A stretch of DNA of 20,472 nt from an uncultured virus (IMG/VR IMGVR_UViG_3300042275_000805) (Duplodnaviria; Heunggongvirae; Uroviricota; Caudoviricetes): IMG/VR virus record IMGVR_UViG_3300042275_000805; one strand, 5' to 3'. A program made the translations under genes and the position numbers. How positions within the stretch are numbered: the first letter of the stretch is position 1; every line of letters begins with the position of its first letter. A model generated the notes under the pieces. That model worked only from the letters and a program-made list of their open reading frames with translations. It was not told where the DNA came from and did not search any database. This document shows, one piece after another, positions 18,068 to 20,472 of this stretch.

Positions 18068-18541
18068 TTATACGGTGGCTACCGTCGCCCCGGAAGACGT
18101 ACTCGTGGTCTTGCGGCCTTCGTCCAGGCCCTTGTTGAAGGAGGCTTCCTTTTCTTTGCGGAGTTTACCCGAGCCAAGGAATAAACCGAGTAGTCCGGAT
18201 GCAGCAGGCAGCATGGGGCCAAGGACGGGAACGCCTGCAACGGTGGGACCGATTTCATCGAGAGCCGACAGCGACAACTGGTTGACCATGTTGCGGATTT
18301 CATTGGCATGTTCGATGTTGGATTTCCACTGGCTGCCAGCGGTTTGCATGTGCTGATACCAGAGTTGGTATTCGCTCTCGGCTTCGTTGAGGGAGATGGT
18401 GCTGGCTAATCCGGTTTGCTGCTGGATCGTGTTGGGCGTTTTGACGTGGATCATGTCGCCCATGTCGCAGCCCGCAAAACTCAGCAGGCCCAGGACGAGG
18501 AAGACGATGACGAACAGGAAGATCAAGTGGTTGGTTTTCAT
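18068..18541 (-). CDS. Prophage lipoprotein with a C-terminal hydrophobic segment (157 aa)
   Basis: Signal peptide plus lipobox SFAG-C; hydrophobic VAGVPVLGPMLPAASGLLGLFLG followed by a basic tail; ATGA overlap with the upstream gene. Confidence 0.8.
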   Translation of the reverse strand: MKTNHLIFLFVIVFLVLGLLSFAGCDMGDMIHVKTPNTIQQQTGLASTISLNEAESEYQLWYQHMQTAGSQWKSNIEHANEIRNMVNQLSLSALDEIGPTVAGVPVLGPMLPAASGLLGLFLGSGKLRKEKEASFNKGLDEGRKTTSTSSGATVATV

Positions 18542-18825
18542 TGTGGGTTTTTCCTTGAGGGGATGAATGTTTTCTTGAGCAAGGCCATGGCATCGTCGGT
18601 GTCCAAGGGGATCACCTGTGATGTCTGGCTTTGGGCAAACGGATCAAAGTCCGAAGCTTTGAACGTGTGGGAACGATTGAAGGTCAGCAGGTTGGCAAGC
18701 AAGGCCATCAAGTTGGATGTATGCTGCCAATCCTGTTTCTGGCGGGACTGGGCCATCTCGTACAACTCCCGTAAGGTAAAACTTCCGGGGTGGACGCCGA
18801 GGACACCTGCCAGTTGCCAGATCAT
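18538..18825 (-). CDS. Tail assembly chaperone, T part (gpT-like; probably also expressed as a GT fusion)
   Basis: LGVHPGSFTLRELYEM motif typical of T segments; lies in the -1 frame relative to the upstream G gene; ATGA overlap. Confidence 0.75.
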   Translation of the reverse strand: MIWQLAGVLGVHPGSFTLRELYEMAQSRQKQDWQHTSNLMALLANLLTFNRSHTFKASDFDPFAQSQTSQVIPLDTDDAMALLKKTFIPSRKNPQ

Positions 18826-19274
18826 GTCTTGGCAGGTTGCAGCAGGTGTTCGAGTTGCTGCTGCAACTCCGGGCTGTCCAGTTGCTGGCTGGCGATTTCC
18901 AGGGCTTTTTCCTCGACCTGGCGAAGCTTTGCCAGTGCCTTCTTGAGCACTTGCCGCTTCGCTGCGGGGAAAAAATCCGCCAACTCCTGAAGCAATGCTG
19001 TGGTGGCATGATCGATCACGTCACCTGCCAATGCTTGGCCGAACTGTTCATCGGTGATGTTGGCGCTCTCGGCTTGCTGCTGGCAAATGGCAAAGAGCAC
19101 ATCACAGAGCAGGATCGGATCGGTGGAGAGTTTTTCCAGCAGATGGGATTTACTGTCCAACACATCCAGTAGATTGACATTGCATAATGCCTGAACACGC
19201 TTGATGGTGGCGACCGTGATCTGCACAGTCCAGACATTGTTGCCGTTACTTCCGGGGGCAGTGAAGGTATGCAT
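18822..19274 (-). CDS. Tail assembly chaperone, G part (gpG-like, 150 aa)
   Basis: Follows the major tail gene with a TAATG overlap; helical; contains ELADFFP with a slippery heptamer. Confidence 0.8.
   Translation of the reverse strand: MHTFTAPGSNGNNVWTVQITVATIKRVQALCNVNLLDVLDSKSHLLEKLSTDPILLCDVLFAICQQQAESANITDEQFGQALAGDVIDHATTALLQELADFFPAAKRQVLKKALAKLRQVEEKALEIASQQLDSPELQQQLEHLLQPAKT
18969..18975 (-). promoter_or_regulatory. Candidate -1 programmed ribosomal frameshift site T-TTT-TTC
   Basis: X-XXY-YYZ heptamer in the correct phase (GAT TTT TTC); the -1 frame is open for 48 codons into the T ORF. Confidence 0.65.
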
Positions 19275-19498
19275 TAGCTGCCACCTCCATCCACCCAGGT
19301 CGGAGCACGAGTGACATAGGTTGGCTTGACTGTCACGTTGACCGTGATGGCTTCTTCGAGCGGTTCGTTGCGAGTAAAATTGGTGACCGAGAAGTCAGCG
19401 TCGAGACCGCTGCCACCTTCGCCATCGAGCACGGCCATGGCAATGGGTGTGTTGTTGAAGTAGGCGTTCTTGATGGCGGTGAATCCTGCGTCTTCCGT
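19274..19498 (-). CDS. Phage major tail (tube) protein, 3' exon (74 aa); 5' exon lies beyond the window
   Basis: TEDAGFTAIKNAYFNNTPIAMAVLDG...DFSVTNFTRNEPLEEAITVNVTVKP is tail-tube-like, begins exactly at the intron 3' end and precedes the chaperones. The N-terminal part of the track ORF 19274-19675 is intron sequence. Confidence 0.8.
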   Translation of the reverse strand, partial: TEDAGFTAIKNAYFNNTPIAMAVLDGEGGSGLDADFSVTNFTRNEPLEEAITVNVTVKPTYVTRAPTWVDGGGS

Positions 19499-19571
19499 GT
19501 GGTGTAGGCCAAGGAGTTGCACCCTGACCCCAACCCCAAACCGGGCGTGCAAGTTTCCAAGCACCCGGCTT
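19499..19571 (-). ncRNA. Group II intron ribozyme domains V (19538-19571) and VI (19501-19537)
   Basis: DV is the 34-nt AAGCCGGGTGCTTGGAAACTTGCACGCCCGGTTT with AGC triad, GAAA loop and AC bulge. The DVI stem pairs GGGGTCAGGG with CCTTGGCCT. Confidence 0.9.
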
Positions 19572-19589
19572 TCCCGATATTTCTTGACT

Positions 19590-20471
19590 TTATTTCGCAT
19601 AGGTCTTTTCCTTGTGACAAAACAGACACAGGGTCTGCATGTTTTCCAGATAACTTGCCTGTGCAAAGCTGGCAAAGCTTTGGACGGGTTTGATATGATC
19701 GGCCTGTGAGGTTGCTGCTGTGATGGGCTTGCCGCATTGGCTGCATTTCAAACCGTCACGTGCCAGGGCCTGATGCTTCAGGTCCATGCCACCGGTTCTG
19801 TTCTTTTCGTGGATGTAGCGTTCGCCGTCCACGTCAGAATCAGACTCGTAGTCGCCGTTGCCCGGCACATAAGGTTCGGGGCCACCTTGGTCCCATGCCA
19901 TGCGTATATCGCGGAATTTCGCGAGTGTGCATGTTGAGAACATCCCAATGTAGCTTCCGAATGTGTACCCGCGAAGGCACTTGGCAGTGGATATGTCCTG
20001 CTTGCGACATATCGCTTTGACGGCTATCCAGTAGGCGTGATGGTCCAACAAGGACGACACGACTGAATAGTTATGGGCGATCTTGTAATAATGAGCCCAT
20101 CCCCGTACAACTGCCGAGCCCCGGATCATGCGGACGGCAATCGACTCTTGTTGGGGTCGATGCCGAATCGCTTTCGCCAGGCTTCGCTTGGCATTGGCCA
20201 CTGCTTCCAGCGGAACCTTGATCTTCGCAGCGTGGTGGCCACGTCTGACAACACCCATTTCCAAGCGGAAACTGAGAAATTCAAAACCCTCGCGGACATG
20301 CGTGATGTGCGTCTTCTCCTCCGAAAGTCGCAGGCCGCAGTTGACGGCAAGGAACCCACGGATTGCCTCACGGAGATTCTCGGCATAACGCTTTGAAGCC
20401 CGCGTGATGAACACACACCAATCATCGGCATAGCGGACGAACCGAAGGTTCGGCTCCCGGTTATACCATGC
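19590..20471 (-). CDS. ltrA: Group II intron reverse transcriptase/maturase with C-terminal HNH endonuclease; 5'-partial
   Basis: The frame is open to the window edge. VRYADDW (YADD at 20421-20432); GLRLSEEKT and GFEFL (RT6/7); VVRGWAHYY (domain X); CSQC...DHIKP...NMQTLCLFCH (HNH). Confidence 0.93.
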   Translation of the reverse strand, partial: AWYNREPNLRFVRYADDWCVFITRASKRYAENLREAIRGFLAVNCGLRLSEEKTHITHVREGFEFLSFRLEMGVVRRGHHAAKIKVPLEAVANAKRSLAKAIRHRPQQESIAVRMIRGSAVVRGWAHYYKIAHNYSVVSSLLDHHAYWIAVKAICRKQDISTAKCLRGYTFGSYIGMFSTCTLAKFRDIRMAWDQGGPEPYVPGNGDYESDSDVDGERYIHEKNRTGGMDLKHQALARDGLKCSQCGKPITAATSQADHIKPVQSFASFAQASYLENMQTLCLFCHKEKTYAK

Positions 20472-20472
20472 T

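Larger units (their letters stand above)
12596..20472 (-). mobile_element. Prophage (siphovirus-like) tail module; continues beyond the window
   Basis: Co-oriented, tightly coupled genes in canonical order: major tail, chaperones, tape measure, tail tip. No sheath gene in view. Confidence 0.85.
19499..20472 (-). mobile_element. Group II intron (3' part) inserted in the major tail gene
   Basis: Intron-encoded protein followed by domain V, domain VI and the terminal ...CCTACACCAC (AY end, bulged A at 19505, 7th from the end). Confidence 0.92.

Noticed and set aside
19274..19675. 133-aa ORF as a complete gene
   Set aside because: Its first ~59 codons are intron sequence (IEP end, DV, DVI); only 19274-19498 is exon.
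12596..20472. Diversity-generating retroelement (RT near tail-tip genes)
   Set aside because: The RT has a maturase domain X, an HNH domain and DV/DVI, so it is a group II intron. No TR/VR pair differing at adenines was seen.

Overview
The window has three parts. (1) 1-9515 is a polymorphic-toxin locus. It holds the 3' ~8.7 kb of a giant secreted protein that starts upstream of the window (about 10 cadherin-like/He_PIG Ig repeats, a YD/Rhs shell, a PxxxxDPSG junction and an AT-rich ~250 aa tip), a coupled membrane-anchored LRR-like putative immunity gene, and a truncated orphan Rhs fragment. (2) 9516-12551 has a DDE/rve transposase element and three small accessory genes, one GNAT-like. (3) 12596-20472 is a minus-strand siphovirus-like prophage tail operon: major tail protein, G/GT chaperones with a -1 slippery site, lipoprotein, tape measure, two tail-tip proteins and two Cys-rich proteins. 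Its major tail gene is split by a group II intron (RT YADD, maturase, HNH, domains V/VI). Gene families suggest a Planctomycetota host (inference). The most unusual signal is a non-palindromic motif, CTTCCGGGGG (core TTCCGGGG). I count 15 copies on both strands against roughly one expected. They lie in protein loops and intergenic DNA, and one copy apparently interrupts a palindromic repeat.
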